Positions 40,107 through 50,003 of a stretch of 64,000 nucleotides of DNA are shown here, in pieces. The position numbers and the translations under genes were made by a program. The number at the start of each line of letters is the position of its first letter. Position 1 is the first letter of the stretch. The notes under the pieces are model-generated. The model was not told where the DNA came from, searched no databases, and saw only the letters and a list, made by a program, of their open reading frames with translations. The stretch is from Abditibacterium sp. (GTDB lineage: Bacteria > Armatimonadota > Abditibacteriia > Abditibacteriales > Abditibacteriaceae), in NCBI GenBank assembly GCA_965246885.1, contig OZ251992.1, positions 160,001-224,000 on the forward strand. The letters run 5' to 3'.

Positions 40107-42286
40107 CCGGGGAGCGAGACGTCGGCGCCCGCGACTGGGGTGGAGGCGACGGTACCGCTCGCGGTGATGCGCGCGACTTTGGCGCCGGGAAGCCACTTCC
40201 CGGCGCCGGGTATGGAAATGGTGCCGCCGGTTTGGTTGATGAGCAAGACGGCGCGGCTCCCGTCGGCGCGCTTTACGGCGAGCAGTTGCAGGGCCGCCGC
40301 GTCGTCGGTTTTGGTTCCGGCGAGCGCGCCGACGAGGTTGCGGGCGCCGAGTTGGTAGAGGTCATAGGCGGGGTGCGTGGCGTCGTTTTCGTCTATCAGG
40401 GAGCCGTAAGCGTGGCCGCGCTGCGCCCACAGCGTCATGCCGCGCGCGCCGGACATGGCCACTTCGCGCGCCGCGAGCGCCAAGAAGACGGCGCCGACGG
40501 AGTTTTGGTGGCGCCGCTCGAAGGGATCCCACGTGTATTTGACGTTGACTTCGGTGAGGTAGCCGGGGATGGCGCGCTTGTGGGCGGCAACCATTTGCAT
40601 GGCGCCGCGCGCCAAGGCGCCGACGTTGCTTCCGGCGTTGGCGAAGACGGTCTCGTTGGTCTCATACAGGTCGCCCGTCGCGTAGTTGTGCCACGTCAGG
40701 AAGTCGGCGGACGGGCAAGCGTCGAGAAAGCCGTTGACCCATTCCGGCTTGGCCCACGTGAGCGCGGGGCCGCCGATTTTGGCGGCGGGGTCGGCGGCGC
40801 GCATGGCGAGCGCGCACTTGTTCCACGTGCGCCACAACGCGGGCAAGCGGTTCGCGCGCTCGAAAGCGCCGTCCCACTCGTTCGGCACTTCCCACGCGGC
40901 GACTTGGAACTTATCGGCCTTGGCGAGCGACACCAAGCGCGCGCAAAAGGCGGCAAAGGCGTCCTCGTCGGCGGGCGTCATGGTTTCGGGGCGCCCATCG
41001 GCAATCCACGCCGGAAGCGCGTTGATGCACACCATAACGCGCGCGTTGCCGTAGAGCTTGCGGGCTTGGGCGAACATCGCCTTCACCTTCGCCTCGTCCC
41101 AGTCGCGCTTGGCGGGGTCGGTCAACTTGGCGACAAAATCGCCTTGGTGCAAGCGCACGAGCGGGGCGCCCAAGGCGGAAAAGAGGGTTTGATACTTGGC
41201 GGAGGAATCGGCGAAGCTCGCTTGGTCGTTGACGCCCCACATGTCGGGCGCCATGTTGCCGACGGTCTGGCTCCAGTCCACCGAAGCGCGCACCGTCTTG
41301 GCGGGCGCTTTGGGATCGGGCTGGTCGAGCGGCAAGGGACGCTTGACGGCGGGCGAAAGCACTACGGCATCAATGCGGACGGTATTGGGCTTGTCGCCGC
41401 CGTCATTGCGGCCCAAAACGAGCTTTTCTCCGGGCAAATCGGCGCGCGCGAAGACATCGGTCTCTTGCCACTCGAAGCGGTCGGGCGCGCTCCAGAACCA
41501 CCGGTCGCCGCCTGCGGTTTTGACGCAAAACGGCCCGCCCTTGCGATGCACCCACACCTTGAAAGCGTCGCCCCCCTTTGGCAAGGGGATGGAAACAAGC
41601 GGCTGCCAATCGTTTTTGCTGGTCACGGCTTTGCCGCCCAAGGCGCCGTCCGCGTCCACGACATCCGCCGCCGCGAAGTCGCTGGCTTTGAAGAGGGCGC
41701 CGTCGGGCGTGTCCTTGGCGCCGAGCGCGACCTGCGCGCCTTCGCCCAGATTCGCTTTATCGTCGGCGGCCTTTGTCTTTGCGGGCGCCAGAGCGGGCAC
41801 AGTTTTATCGGCGTTGGGGTCGTAGGCGTCGTCCATCGCAAAGACGGCACAGTCGAGAACCGGGCCTTGTCCGCCGTCGCCGCCGCGAATGACGACCAGA
41901 TGGGCGCCCAATTCGGCCCGCGAATAACGCCCGACGCGCTTCCAAGTGAGCGCCGCCGGTTTGTCCCACAGCCAAGTCAGGTCTTTCTGACCGCCGGGCA
42001 AATCGGCTTTGGCCAAAACGGGCGCATCCTTATAGCGCAGCCAAACCGTGAAGGCGTCGCCGGTCGCGGGCACATCGGCAATGAGGAGCGGTTGCCAATC
42101 GCGCGGGATGGAAACCGCTTTGCCGCCCGACGCATCGGGCAACTCCACGACTTTGGCATCGCCCGCCGTCAGGTGAGCTTCGGCCTCGACGCGGGTGGTT
42201 TGGGCGCGGGCGGGGGTGCAACCGACAAGCGCCAAGGGCAGAAAAAGCGAGAGCGCCCAACGGGGACGCGGCGGAAGGAGAAACAT
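40079..42286 (-). CDS. Secreted clan GH-A glycoside hydrolase (GH39-like) with two tandem CBM-like N-terminal domains
   Basis: WEVPNEWD acid/base, IGGPA, LTWHNY, YLTEVN nucleophile; duplicated GGKAV...DWQPL...GDAF.VW domain. Confidence 0.75.
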   Translation of the reverse strand: MFLLPPRPRWALSLFLPLALVGCTPARAQTTRVEAEAHLTAGDAKVVELPDASGGKAVSIPRDWQPLLIADVPATGDAFTVWLRYKDAPVLAKADLPGGQKDLTWLWDKPAALTWKRVGRYSRAELGAHLVVIRGGDGGQGPVLDCAVFAMDDAYDPNADKTVPALAPAKTKAADDKANLGEGAQVALGAKDTPDGALFKASDFAAADVVDADGALGGKAVTSKNDWQPLVSIPLPKGGDAFKVWVHRKGGPFCVKTAGGDRWFWSAPDRFEWQETDVFARADLPGEKLVLGRNDGGDKPNTVRIDAVVLSPAVKRPLPLDQPDPKAPAKTVRASVDWSQTVGNMAPDMWGVNDQASFADSSAKYQTLFSALGAPLVRLHQGDFVAKLTDPAKRDWDEAKVKAMFAQARKLYGNARVMVCINALPAWIADGRPETMTPADEDAFAAFCARLVSLAKADKFQVAAWEVPNEWDGAFERANRLPALWRTWNKCALAMRAADPAAKIGGPALTWAKPEWVNGFLDACPSADFLTWHNYATGDLYETNETVFANAGSNVGALARGAMQMVAAHKRAIPGYLTEVNVKYTWDPFERRHQNSVGAVFLALAAREVAMSGARGMTLWAQRGHAYGSLIDENDATHPAYDLYQLGARNLVGALAGTKTDDAAALQLLAVKRADGSRAVLLINQTGGTISIPGAGKWLPGAKVARITASGTVASTPVAGADVSLPGYSLALLTG

Positions 42287-42290
42287 GAAT

Positions 42291-42324
42291 GAAAGAGCCG
42301 CACCTTCCCGAAAGAAGGCGCGGC
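42291..42324 (-). terminator. Intergenic hairpin after the DUF1559 gene
   Basis: Minus strand GCCGCGCCTTCT-TTCG-GGAAGGTGCGGC followed by TCTTTC. Confidence 0.6.
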
Positions 42325-42353
42325 GCGGGTTGGGTCGAGAGACGCAACTGGGC

Positions 42354-43193
42354 TTAGTCGTCTTCGATGGTGAACGCAGTGGCCACGTTGGCGGTGCCGG
42401 TGCTACCGATGCAGCCTTGCACGCAACCGGGCAGGACTTTAGTCACAGTGAGTTGGCTCAGCTTGCTCGCTTTGACGTGACCATCCACATACAAGGCGTT
42501 CATGGTTTCGAGGTGACGCTCGACGGCGACTTGGTCGGCGTTGGAATTGGGATATTGGCGTAGCCCGTTCACGGTCGCCACGCTTTCTTCGCTGGGATTA
42601 TCGGTTAGGATGTAGGCGGGACTATAATCGCCGGGAATGCCGTCCATAACCCAGACAGTGGTCGCCGCCGACGCGACTTTGGCCATCGAGTTGACGAATA
42701 CGTTGGAGCTACCGTCATAGAACGACACGGGCGGCGTGTAAGGAGCGCCGACGCGCTTTTTGTATATCGCGTTGATGACGTAGGAGCCTTGGCTACTGGA
42801 TCCACCGAACATGGCGCCCGAAGTGAAGTCCTTGGCGGGCTTGAAAATGGCGTGGGCGCGCGAGTCGCTGGGACAAGTGAAAAGCTGCGTGCTTTTGACG
42901 TACGGTTGGAGGGCATCCATCCACGAGTATTGGAAATCGGTGGCGCCGATAAAGTTACCTTGACCAAAGTAGTGCAAGCTACCATCACCTGTGTAGGTGG
43001 GCGCGACAAGTGTCTCGTCGTAGTCCTGCGAGTATTGCAGCAAACCGAGGCCGATTTGCTTGAGGTTAGACTGGCAGGACGCGCGTCGCGCGTTCTCGCG
43101 GGCACGGGCGAAAGCCGGGAAAAGGATGGCGGCAAGGATGGCGATGATAGCGATAACTACCAATAATTCTATCAAAGTAAATGCTTTTTTCAT
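42354..43193 (-). CDS. Prepilin-type N-terminal cleavage / DUF1559 H-X9-DG protein
   Basis: [73 protein letters not shown]. Confidence 0.93.
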   Translation of the reverse strand: MKKAFTLIELLVVIAIIAILAAILFPAFARARENARRASCQSNLKQIGLGLLQYSQDYDETLVAPTYTGDGSLHYFGQGNFIGATDFQYSWMDALQPYVKSTQLFTCPSDSRAHAIFKPAKDFTSGAMFGGSSSQGSYVINAIYKKRVGAPYTPPVSFYDGSSNVFVNSMAKVASAATTVWVMDGIPGDYSPAYILTDNPSEESVATVNGLRQYPNSNADQVAVERHLETMNALYVDGHVKASKLSQLTVTKVLPGCVQGCIGSTGTANVATAFTIEDD

Positions 43194-43213
43194 GATGCTC
43201 GTGTAAGTGATCT

Positions 43214-44284
43214 TTAAAGATCGGTCGAAAACTGCGCAGTCGAGCTACGCGATACCAATTCGCCGTGAACGACAACGCGCTTCGGCTCTGGTGGGCCTTC
43301 GCCCAACAGACGTTCCAACAAGATGCCCACAACATGCTCCGCCATTGGCTCAACAGGTGCCGAGGTTGTGGTCAGCGGGATGGCGGCAAAGGGCGCAATG
43401 GCGTCGTCATCGTGCCCCACTACCGAGACATCTTCCGGCACGCGCACCCCGTTTTGCGTTAAGACGGACACAAACGCGGCGGCGGCGTAATCGTTGGCGA
43501 CGATCATCGCGCTTGGCCGCGCTTTGAGCGCCAAGAACTCGCCCGCCAAACGCGCGCCGTCCTCTTCGTAGCGTAGCGTGCCGTCGTTGCCGAACAACCA
43601 CTGCGGGCGCAGTTCGACGTTGTGAGCGCGCGCCTCGGCTTCGATAGATTCGAGCATCGCGCCTTCGGGCTGGCGATGTCCCACGCAAAACACCCCGATG
43701 TCGCGGTGCCCCAACCCGAACAGGTGCCGCGCGGACAGCCCGAACGACTGCGCTTCGTCGTAGACCACTTGATCGCAGTTGAGGTCGGCGAAGCCTTCGT
43801 AGCCATAGGCCACGCACAGCCCGCCGTCGTCCACAAAGCGCCGCAGTTTTTGCGTCGCTTCCTCGCTCATTTGCGCGAGGTTGCACACCAAGGCGCGCGG
43901 TTTGCCGGACAACGCCCCGGCCATCACTTCGAGTTGGTGCGCCGCGATGCCGCCGCCGCGATAGCCGTAGGCATGAACGGGAACCGAGAACCCGGCGTCG
44001 TTCAGCCACGCTTGAATCAGTTGCAACAAGCGCGTGCGCGCCGACAAATCGAGGTCGAGCGTGAAAAACGCGATAGATTTTTCGTTGCGCCCACTGGACA
44101 GCACCCGCGCGAGCGGATCGGCCTCGAAACCCATCTCGCTCGCCAAGCGCAACACTTCCTCGCGCGTGGAAGTCGCCACGTAGCCACGCCCCGATAGGGC
44201 GTGCGACGCGGTGGTTTTGGAAATGCCCGCCGCGCGCGCCACGTCCGCTAAAGTCACGCCTTTACGTGTCAAAGAAATTTGCAT
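43214..44284 (-). CDS. LacI family transcriptional regulator
   Basis: [48 protein letters not shown]. Confidence 0.93.
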   Translation of the reverse strand: MQISLTRKGVTLADVARAAGISKTTASHALSGRGYVATSTREEVLRLASEMGFEADPLARVLSSGRNEKSIAFFTLDLDLSARTRLLQLIQAWLNDAGFSVPVHAYGYRGGGIAAHQLEVMAGALSGKPRALVCNLAQMSEEATQKLRRFVDDGGLCVAYGYEGFADLNCDQVVYDEAQSFGLSARHLFGLGHRDIGVFCVGHRQPEGAMLESIEAEARAHNVELRPQWLFGNDGTLRYEEDGARLAGEFLALKARPSAMIVANDYAAAAFVSVLTQNGVRVPEDVSVVGHDDDAIAPFAAIPLTTTSAPVEPMAEHVVGILLERLLGEGPPEPKRVVVHGELVSRSSTAQFSTDL

Positions 44285-44303
44285 TGCCGTTTACTCCCGC
44301 GCC

Positions 44304-44360
44304 CAAACCGGTTTGTATAATCCCAGTATGCCCATCCGCGCGCCGTTTCAAACCGGTTTG
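44304..44360. promoter_or_regulatory. Two identical LacI-type palindromic operators CAAACCGGTTTG
   Basis: Perfect 12-bp palindrome with central CG at 44304-44315 and 44349-44360, upstream of the lacI-family gene. Confidence 0.8.
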
Positions 44361-44410
44361 GGAAATTTTTTGGCAGAATTTTTTCGGGCGAGGCGCCACA
44401 CTGTTGCCCT

Positions 44411-45271
44411 ATGATTCTCCTCGACGGCAAAGCTACCGCACTTCGGGTGCGCGAGCGCGTGCAAAGCGAAGTAGCCGCCCTCCATACGCGCGGGGTTGGC
44501 GTGGGTCTGGGCACCATCCTCGTGGGCGACGACCCGGCCAGCGCGGTTTATATCGGCGCGAAAATCAAAGCGTGCGAGGAAGCGGGCATCGAGTCCATCC
44601 ACGCCCAACTACCCGCCAGCGCCACCCAAGCGCAGGTTGAAGCGCAAATCACCGCCTTCAACGCCGACCCGCGCGTGTCGGCGTTCATCGTGCAACTGCC
44701 GCTCCCCAAGGGGTTAAGCGAGGAACGCGCCCTGCTCGCGGTCGCGCCCGACAAAGACGCGGACGGCCTGCATCCCGTCAATTTGGGCCGCCTCGTGATG
44801 GGCGCCCCCGGCCCCCTTCCCTGCACGCCCGCCGGGATTGTCGAACTCTTGCGCGCCCACGATGTGCCCGTCGCGGGCAAGCACGTCGTCATCGTCGGGC
44901 GCGGCCTCACCATCGGGCGGCCCCTCGCGCTACTTTTGGCCCTCAAGCGCCCCGGCTGCAACGCGGCGGTGACGGTCGTGCACACGGGTGTCCCCGACTT
45001 GCCTTCTTACACGCGCGGGGCCGATATTCTCATCGCGGCGGCGGGCAGCCCTAATTTAATCCAAGCCGACTGGATTAAACCCGGCGCGGCGGTTGTGGGT
45101 GGGGGCATCACGCGCGGCGAAGGCAAGAAAATTCTCTCCGACGTGGACGATTCGGTCGCGCAGGTCGCGGGCTGGATGACGCCCCGCGTCGGCGGCGTTG
45201 GCCCGATGACCGTCGCCATGCTGCTCCAAAACACCGTCGTCGCTGCCCAGAAAAACGTGGTCTCCAAGTGA
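44411..45271 (+). CDS. folD: Methylenetetrahydrofolate dehydrogenase/cyclohydrolase
   Basis: LDGKA, VGDDPASAVY, VQLPLP, KDADGLHP, PCTPAG, GGVGPMT. Confidence 0.95.
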   Translation: MILLDGKATALRVRERVQSEVAALHTRGVGVGLGTILVGDDPASAVYIGAKIKACEEAGIESIHAQLPASATQAQVEAQITAFNADPRVSAFIVQLPLPKGLSEERALLAVAPDKDADGLHPVNLGRLVMGAPGPLPCTPAGIVELLRAHDVPVAGKHVVIVGRGLTIGRPLALLLALKRPGCNAAVTVVHTGVPDLPSYTRGADILIAAAGSPNLIQADWIKPGAAVVGGGITRGEGKKILSDVDDSVAQVAGWMTPRVGGVGPMTVAMLLQNTVVAAQKNVVSK

Positions 45272-45319
45272 AAGAAAGGCGTGCGGGAACCGTCCACCGC
45301 GCTACCCCGAACATTCGCC

Positions 45320-45468
45320 GGGTTAATTCTTCCGTCCGCCGGGTTGCGCCAATGGTTCACCGGCATACGCGAACGGTTGGCGCAGCTAATTCTTTCGTCG
45401 GCGCGGTTAATTCTCGCGTCAGTTAGTCAATTCTTTCTTTGGCGCGGCCCGTTCACCGCAAGAATTAG
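45320..45468. repeat. Dispersed repeat family A, copy 3
   Basis: Minus strand GAACGGGCCGCGCCAAAGAAA / GAATTGACTAACTGACGCGA / GAATTAACCGCGCCGACGAAA / GAATTAGCTGCGCCAACCG. Confidence 0.85.
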
Positions 45469-45478
45469 TCCGGATTGT

Positions 45479-46741
45479 TTACAGCCCGACCGCCAACTTC
45501 GCCCGCGCGGGAACGGGGCCAAGCGCCGCGAGTTGCAGCGTGTCGGCGCGGAACACTTCGCGCGCTACTCCCTGCACGTCGGCGAGCGAGACGCTCTCGA
45601 ACGCTGCGAGGGTCTCTTCCGGAGTGCGGCGCGCGCCCCACGTCCATTCGTTGCGCGCGAGGCGACTCATGCGCGACCCCAAACTTTCTTCGGCGAGGAG
45701 CAAATTGATGCGCGCCATCCGTTTGGCGCGGTTGAGTTCGGTTTCGCGGACGCCATTCTCGCGGATTTTATGCAGTTCGCGGCCAATGAGTGCAAGCGTT
45801 TTGCGCGCGTTTTCGGGCGCCACGCTGGTTTCCAGCGCCCAATAACCGCCACTGCGAAAGTTGGCGGACGCGCCGCCCAGCGAATAGCACAAGCCGCGCT
45901 TTTCGCGGATTTCTTGAAAAAGGCGGCTGGAATAACCGCCCGTTAGAATGGAGTCGAGGAGCCACAAAGCGTGGCAACGCTCGTCGCGCGCGCCGAAACT
46001 GGGAGCGCCCAAAAGGAGATGAACACCCTCGGTATCGTCGCGCTCGATGCGGTTTTGTGGCGGTGCGAGCGGCGGGCTATCGAGGGCCGTTGCGCCGTCT
46101 TCGGCGGGCAGGTCGCGCAGAAACTTCGCCGCCCAGCCGACGACTTGCTCGTGCGAGACGTCGCCCGCGACCGCCACCACGCACCGCGAGGGCGAGTAAA
46201 AACGGTTCATAAACGCGCGCAGGTTCTCCGAGGAAAGCGCCGCGACCGTTTCGCTTTGCCCCAAAATCGGGCGTCCCCACGCCGAGCGCGGCCACATCTG
46301 CTCCAGAAACAAGTCCTCGACGCGCTCTTCGGGCGCATCCATCGCCCCGCGTATTTCTTCGAGCACCACGCCCTTTTCGACTTCGAGCAGTTCCGCGTCC
46401 AAGAGCGGTTGCGTCGCAAATTCGCAAAGCAACGACAGCGCCGCGCGCAAGTGCTCCCCCAGCACTTTGACGTGATAACAAACGAACTCGCGCTCGGTGA
46501 ACGCGTTCATGCCGCCGCCCAAATCGTCCATCATGGACGCGATTTTAAGCATGGAGTGGCGCCGCGTGCCCTTGAAAACCATATGTTCCAACAGGTGCGC
46601 CAACCCCCCTTCGGCCTCGGTTTCGTGCGCGCACCCGGCCTCGAACCATAGCCCCACCGACGCGGAGTAAGTGTTCTCTATCCGCTCCGTTAGCACACGC
46701 ACGCCAGTGGGAAGGGTCGTCTTTTCAAATTGGGCTTGCAT
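45479..46741 (-). CDS. M16 (pitrilysin) family zinc peptidase
   Basis: GLAHLLEHMVFKGT (HxxEH), NAFT, SSRLFQEIREKRGLCY. Confidence 0.93.
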   Translation of the reverse strand: MQAQFEKTTLPTGVRVLTERIENTYSASVGLWFEAGCAHETEAEGGLAHLLEHMVFKGTRRHSMLKIASMMDDLGGGMNAFTEREFVCYHVKVLGEHLRAALSLLCEFATQPLLDAELLEVEKGVVLEEIRGAMDAPEERVEDLFLEQMWPRSAWGRPILGQSETVAALSSENLRAFMNRFYSPSRCVVAVAGDVSHEQVVGWAAKFLRDLPAEDGATALDSPPLAPPQNRIERDDTEGVHLLLGAPSFGARDERCHALWLLDSILTGGYSSRLFQEIREKRGLCYSLGGASANFRSGGYWALETSVAPENARKTLALIGRELHKIRENGVRETELNRAKRMARINLLLAEESLGSRMSRLARNEWTWGARRTPEETLAAFESVSLADVQGVAREVFRADTLQLAALGPVPARAKLAVGL

Positions 46742-46780
46742 CGAATAGGGGAAAGTATGAGGGGCGCGGCGTTGTTTCCG

Positions 46781-46882
46781 GCGACTGAAGTCGCAGCCAG
46801 CGAGAGCGTCGGCCTTTGCCGGTTGGGTTGCTGCTACTTGTCGGCAAAGGCCGACGCTCTCGCTGGCTGCGACTTCAGTCGC
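46781..46882. repeat. REPIN-like inverted-repeat element family B, intact copy
   Basis: 41-bp perfect arms 46781-46821 and 46842-46882 with a 20-nt loop; each end is the short palindrome GCGACT(G/T)(A/C)AGTCGC. Confidence 0.9.
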
Positions 46883-46977
46883 TCGGCTACAATTGCATAC
46901 ATGAAGCCTCTACCGCGACGCTCCCCGTCCGAAGTTGTTAAATTGTGCCGTTGCCCGGAAAAAGCAGGAACAGCACG

Positions 46978-47922
46978 ATGAACTCTTCGCCACGCGCGTT
47001 GTCTTTGGGAATTTTGGTCGCCGATGTCATTGGCCGCCCGATTGATGGCGTGCCCGCACGCGGCGCGCTGCAACTGGTGCCGTCCATATCGCCCCACATC
47101 GGCGGGTGCGCCGCCAATAGCGGGATAGGTTTACAAACCTTAGGTATCGAAACACACGTCGTCGGCGCCGTTGGGGAGGACGGCTTCGGCGACTTCGTAG
47201 GGCAAACCCTCGAAAGTCACGGCGTGACGGCGCACCTCACCCGCAAAGCGGCGCCCACTTCCGCGACGATGGTGCTGGTCGCGTCCGACGGCGAGCGCTC
47301 CTTTTTGCACTGCGTGGGCGCCAACGCCGCCTTTGAGTTGGGTGACATAGACCTTGAGTTACTTGATGGCGCCGACTTGCTCCACATCGCGGGGCACGGT
47401 TTGATGCCCCAGTTCGACGGCGCGCAGTGTGCGCGGCTCCTCCAGATTGCGCGCGAGCGGGGCGTCCCGACCGCGCTCGACACGGCGGGCGCTCCCGACG
47501 ACCGATGGCGCGACAACCTGCGTGCGTGCTTGCCGCACCTCGATTACTTCGTGCCCTCGCTTCACGAGGTCGAGGGCTTGTTTCCCGGCACGACCAATCC
47601 CGAAGCGGTGGCGACCAAGCTACTCGAAGCGGGCGTCAAAGTCGTGGCGCTGAAGATGGGCGAGCGCGGCTCGTTCGTGACCGATGGCCGCGAGTCGCAC
47701 TTCGTGGCGCCGTTTATGGTGGACGCCGTAGACGCGACGGGCGCGGGCGACGCTTTTGCCGCCGGTTTCCTGTGCGGCGTGTTGCACGGCTTCGATTTGA
47801 AAGGTTGCGCGCGGCTGGGCAACGCTTGCGGCGCCTTGTGCGTAACGCAAGTCGGAACTGTCGCGGGCTACCGCTCGCTCGAAGAGACACTTGAGTTTAT
47901 CGCGGGCTTTGCGTCCGCTTAG
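46978..47922 (+). CDS. PfkB family carbohydrate kinase
   Basis: GGCAANSG, VGEDGFG, DGERSF, DATGAGDAFAAG. Confidence 0.92.
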   Translation: MNSSPRALSLGILVADVIGRPIDGVPARGALQLVPSISPHIGGCAANSGIGLQTLGIETHVVGAVGEDGFGDFVGQTLESHGVTAHLTRKAAPTSATMVLVASDGERSFLHCVGANAAFELGDIDLELLDGADLLHIAGHGLMPQFDGAQCARLLQIARERGVPTALDTAGAPDDRWRDNLRACLPHLDYFVPSLHEVEGLFPGTTNPEAVATKLLEAGVKVVALKMGERGSFVTDGRESHFVAPFMVDAVDATGAGDAFAAGFLCGVLHGFDLKGCARLGNACGALCVTQVGTVAGYRSLEETLEFIAGFASA

Positions 47923-47931
47923 AAGAACATT

Positions 47932-48981
47932 ATGAACACCACTCGCCATAGCACTGCCGCCGATTTCCACTTTTCGGCTGGCCCTTGGAACCTGCACATC
48001 GGCGCCGACCCGTTCGGCCCGCCCGTCCGCGACGAGATCGCCTTTGCGCGCAAGCTCGCTATCTTCAAGGAACTGGGCCTCGACTACGTGCAGTTCCACG
48101 ACGACGACGCCGTGCCGGACGAAGCGTCGGCTTCGGAGCGCGAACGGGTCACGGCGCAAATCAAGCACTTATTGGATGAACACGGCATGCGCGCCGAATT
48201 CGTCGCGCCGCGTTTGTGGGAGGACGCGCGCGGCGTGGATGGCCCCGTCACGAGCAACGACCCCGCCAACCGCGCTTATGCATTGGAGCGCGGCAAGCGT
48301 TCGATTGACGTGGCGCGATTGATGGGGACGGAGAAAATCGTGTGGTGGCCCGCCCGCGAGGGGACGTATATCCGCGAAGCCAAGGATGCGCAGGCGGCGT
48401 TTGGTTGGATGCTTGACTGGACGAACGCCTTGCTCGAATACGGGCCGGAAGTCAAAATCATGGGCGAGATGAAGCCCAACGAGCCGATGGACGCGATGTA
48501 TCTGCCCACGCCGGGCCACTTCCTCGCGTTTGCGCACCAAACCAACGCGCCGGAGCGCGTCGGCGTCCTCATCGAATCGGCGCACGCGATTCTGGCGGGC
48601 CTCGACCCATCCGAAGAGTTCGCCTTCGCGCTGTTCCAGAAGAAGCTGTGGGGCGTGCATATCAACGACCAGAACGGCTTGAAGTACGATCAGGACAAGA
48701 CCTTCGGCGGCGTAGACCTGCGCCGCGCATGGAACCAAGTGGATGTCCTCGTGCGGTCTGGCTTCGGGCAAAACGGCGAAGTCGTCGGCATTGACGTAAA
48801 AGCCATGCGCACCCAAACGGGCGAGGCTTACTCGCACCTGCGCCATTCCAAGGAAGTCTTCTTGGACTTGGTGGCGCTATCACACACGATAGACCGCGCC
48901 CAAATCGAAGCCCTGCGCGCGGCGCGCGACTACGAGGGCTTGGAGCGGTTCATCATCCGCAACCTGCGGGGGCAAGCGTGA
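47932..48981 (+). CDS. Xylose isomerase-like TIM-barrel sugar isomerase
   Basis: GADPFG, FHDDD, WPAREG, EMKPNEP, ESAH, HINDQ, YDQD metal and catalytic motifs. Confidence 0.85.
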   Translation: MNTTRHSTAADFHFSAGPWNLHIGADPFGPPVRDEIAFARKLAIFKELGLDYVQFHDDDAVPDEASASERERVTAQIKHLLDEHGMRAEFVAPRLWEDARGVDGPVTSNDPANRAYALERGKRSIDVARLMGTEKIVWWPAREGTYIREAKDAQAAFGWMLDWTNALLEYGPEVKIMGEMKPNEPMDAMYLPTPGHFLAFAHQTNAPERVGVLIESAHAILAGLDPSEEFAFALFQKKLWGVHINDQNGLKYDQDKTFGGVDLRRAWNQVDVLVRSGFGQNGEVVGIDVKAMRTQTGEAYSHLRHSKEVFLDLVALSHTIDRAQIEALRAARDYEGLERFIIRNLRGQA

Positions 48982-49967
48982 AAATCGCCGTCTTTTCGAC
49001 CAAGCCCTACGACGAGCGTTCCTTTCGCGCCGCCAACCGCGCGCATGAACACGAGTGGACGTTCTTCGACGTATTACTGACGCCCCAAAGCGCGCCGCTC
49101 GCGGCGGGGCACGACGCGGTATGCGCTTTCGTCAACGACCAGTTGGGGCGCGAGACGCTCGACATACTCGCCAAGGGCGGCACGAAATACATCGCCATGC
49201 GCTGCGCGGGCTTCGACAAGGTGGACTTGGAAGCGGCGCGGGAACTCGAACTCAAGGTAGGCCGCGTGCCCGCCTACTCGCCGCACGCCGTCGCCGAACA
49301 CGCCGTTGCGCTCCTCCAAACGCTCAATCGCCAAACCCACCACGCGAACGCGCGCATTCATTCCAACAACTTCGCGCTTGAAGGCTTGCTCGGCTTCGAC
49401 TTGTATGGCAAGACTTTTGGCGTCGTCGGCACGGGCAAAATCGGCATTTGCATGGTGCGCATCGCGCTCGGCTTTGGCTGCCGCGTCTTGTGCTACGACC
49501 CCTTCCCGTCGCCCGACTTGGCCAAATACGACGCCGAGTTAGTCGAACTTCCCGCGCTTTTGGCCGCCTCCGACATCGTTTCATTGCATTGCCCGCTTAT
49601 GCCCGCGACGCACCACCTGATTAACGAGGCTTCCCTCGCGGGGATGAAGCGCGGCGCCTTTTTGATTAACACCTCGCGCGGCGGCTTGATAGACACCGCC
49701 GCCGCCATCAATGCCATCGAATCCGGGCAATTGGGCGCTTTAGGAATTGACGTCTACGAGAACGAAAGTCCCCTGTTCTTCGAGGACAGGTCGAGCGAAA
49801 AGCTCGCCGACGACCTCTTCGCCCGCCTCATCTCGTTCCCCAACGTCCTCGTGACGGGGCACCAAGCGTTCTTTACGCGCGAGGCGCTCGACAACATCGC
49901 GCAAACCACCCTCGCCAACCTCAACGGCTGGGCCACGAGCGGCTCCTGTCCCAATCCGGTGGAGTGA
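48978..49967 (+). CDS. ldhA: D-lactate/2-hydroxyacid dehydrogenase
   Basis: MKIAVFSTKPYD, RCAGF, VPAYSPHAVAEH, GTGKIG, INTSRG, DVYENE, TGHQAF. Confidence 0.9.
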   Translation: MKIAVFSTKPYDERSFRAANRAHEHEWTFFDVLLTPQSAPLAAGHDAVCAFVNDQLGRETLDILAKGGTKYIAMRCAGFDKVDLEAARELELKVGRVPAYSPHAVAEHAVALLQTLNRQTHHANARIHSNNFALEGLLGFDLYGKTFGVVGTGKIGICMVRIALGFGCRVLCYDPFPSPDLAKYDAELVELPALLAASDIVSLHCPLMPATHHLINEASLAGMKRGAFLINTSRGGLIDTAAAINAIESGQLGALGIDVYENESPLFFEDRSSEKLADDLFARLISFPNVLVTGHQAFFTREALDNIAQTTLANLNGWATSGSCPNPVE

Positions 49968-50003
49968 GCGTATGGAATAGGCTCGACAACCTCCCAAATC
50001 ACC

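Noticed and set aside
47932..48981. Assigning the symbol xylA
   Set aside because: The fold and metal ligands fit, but there is no xylB and the context points to another substrate.
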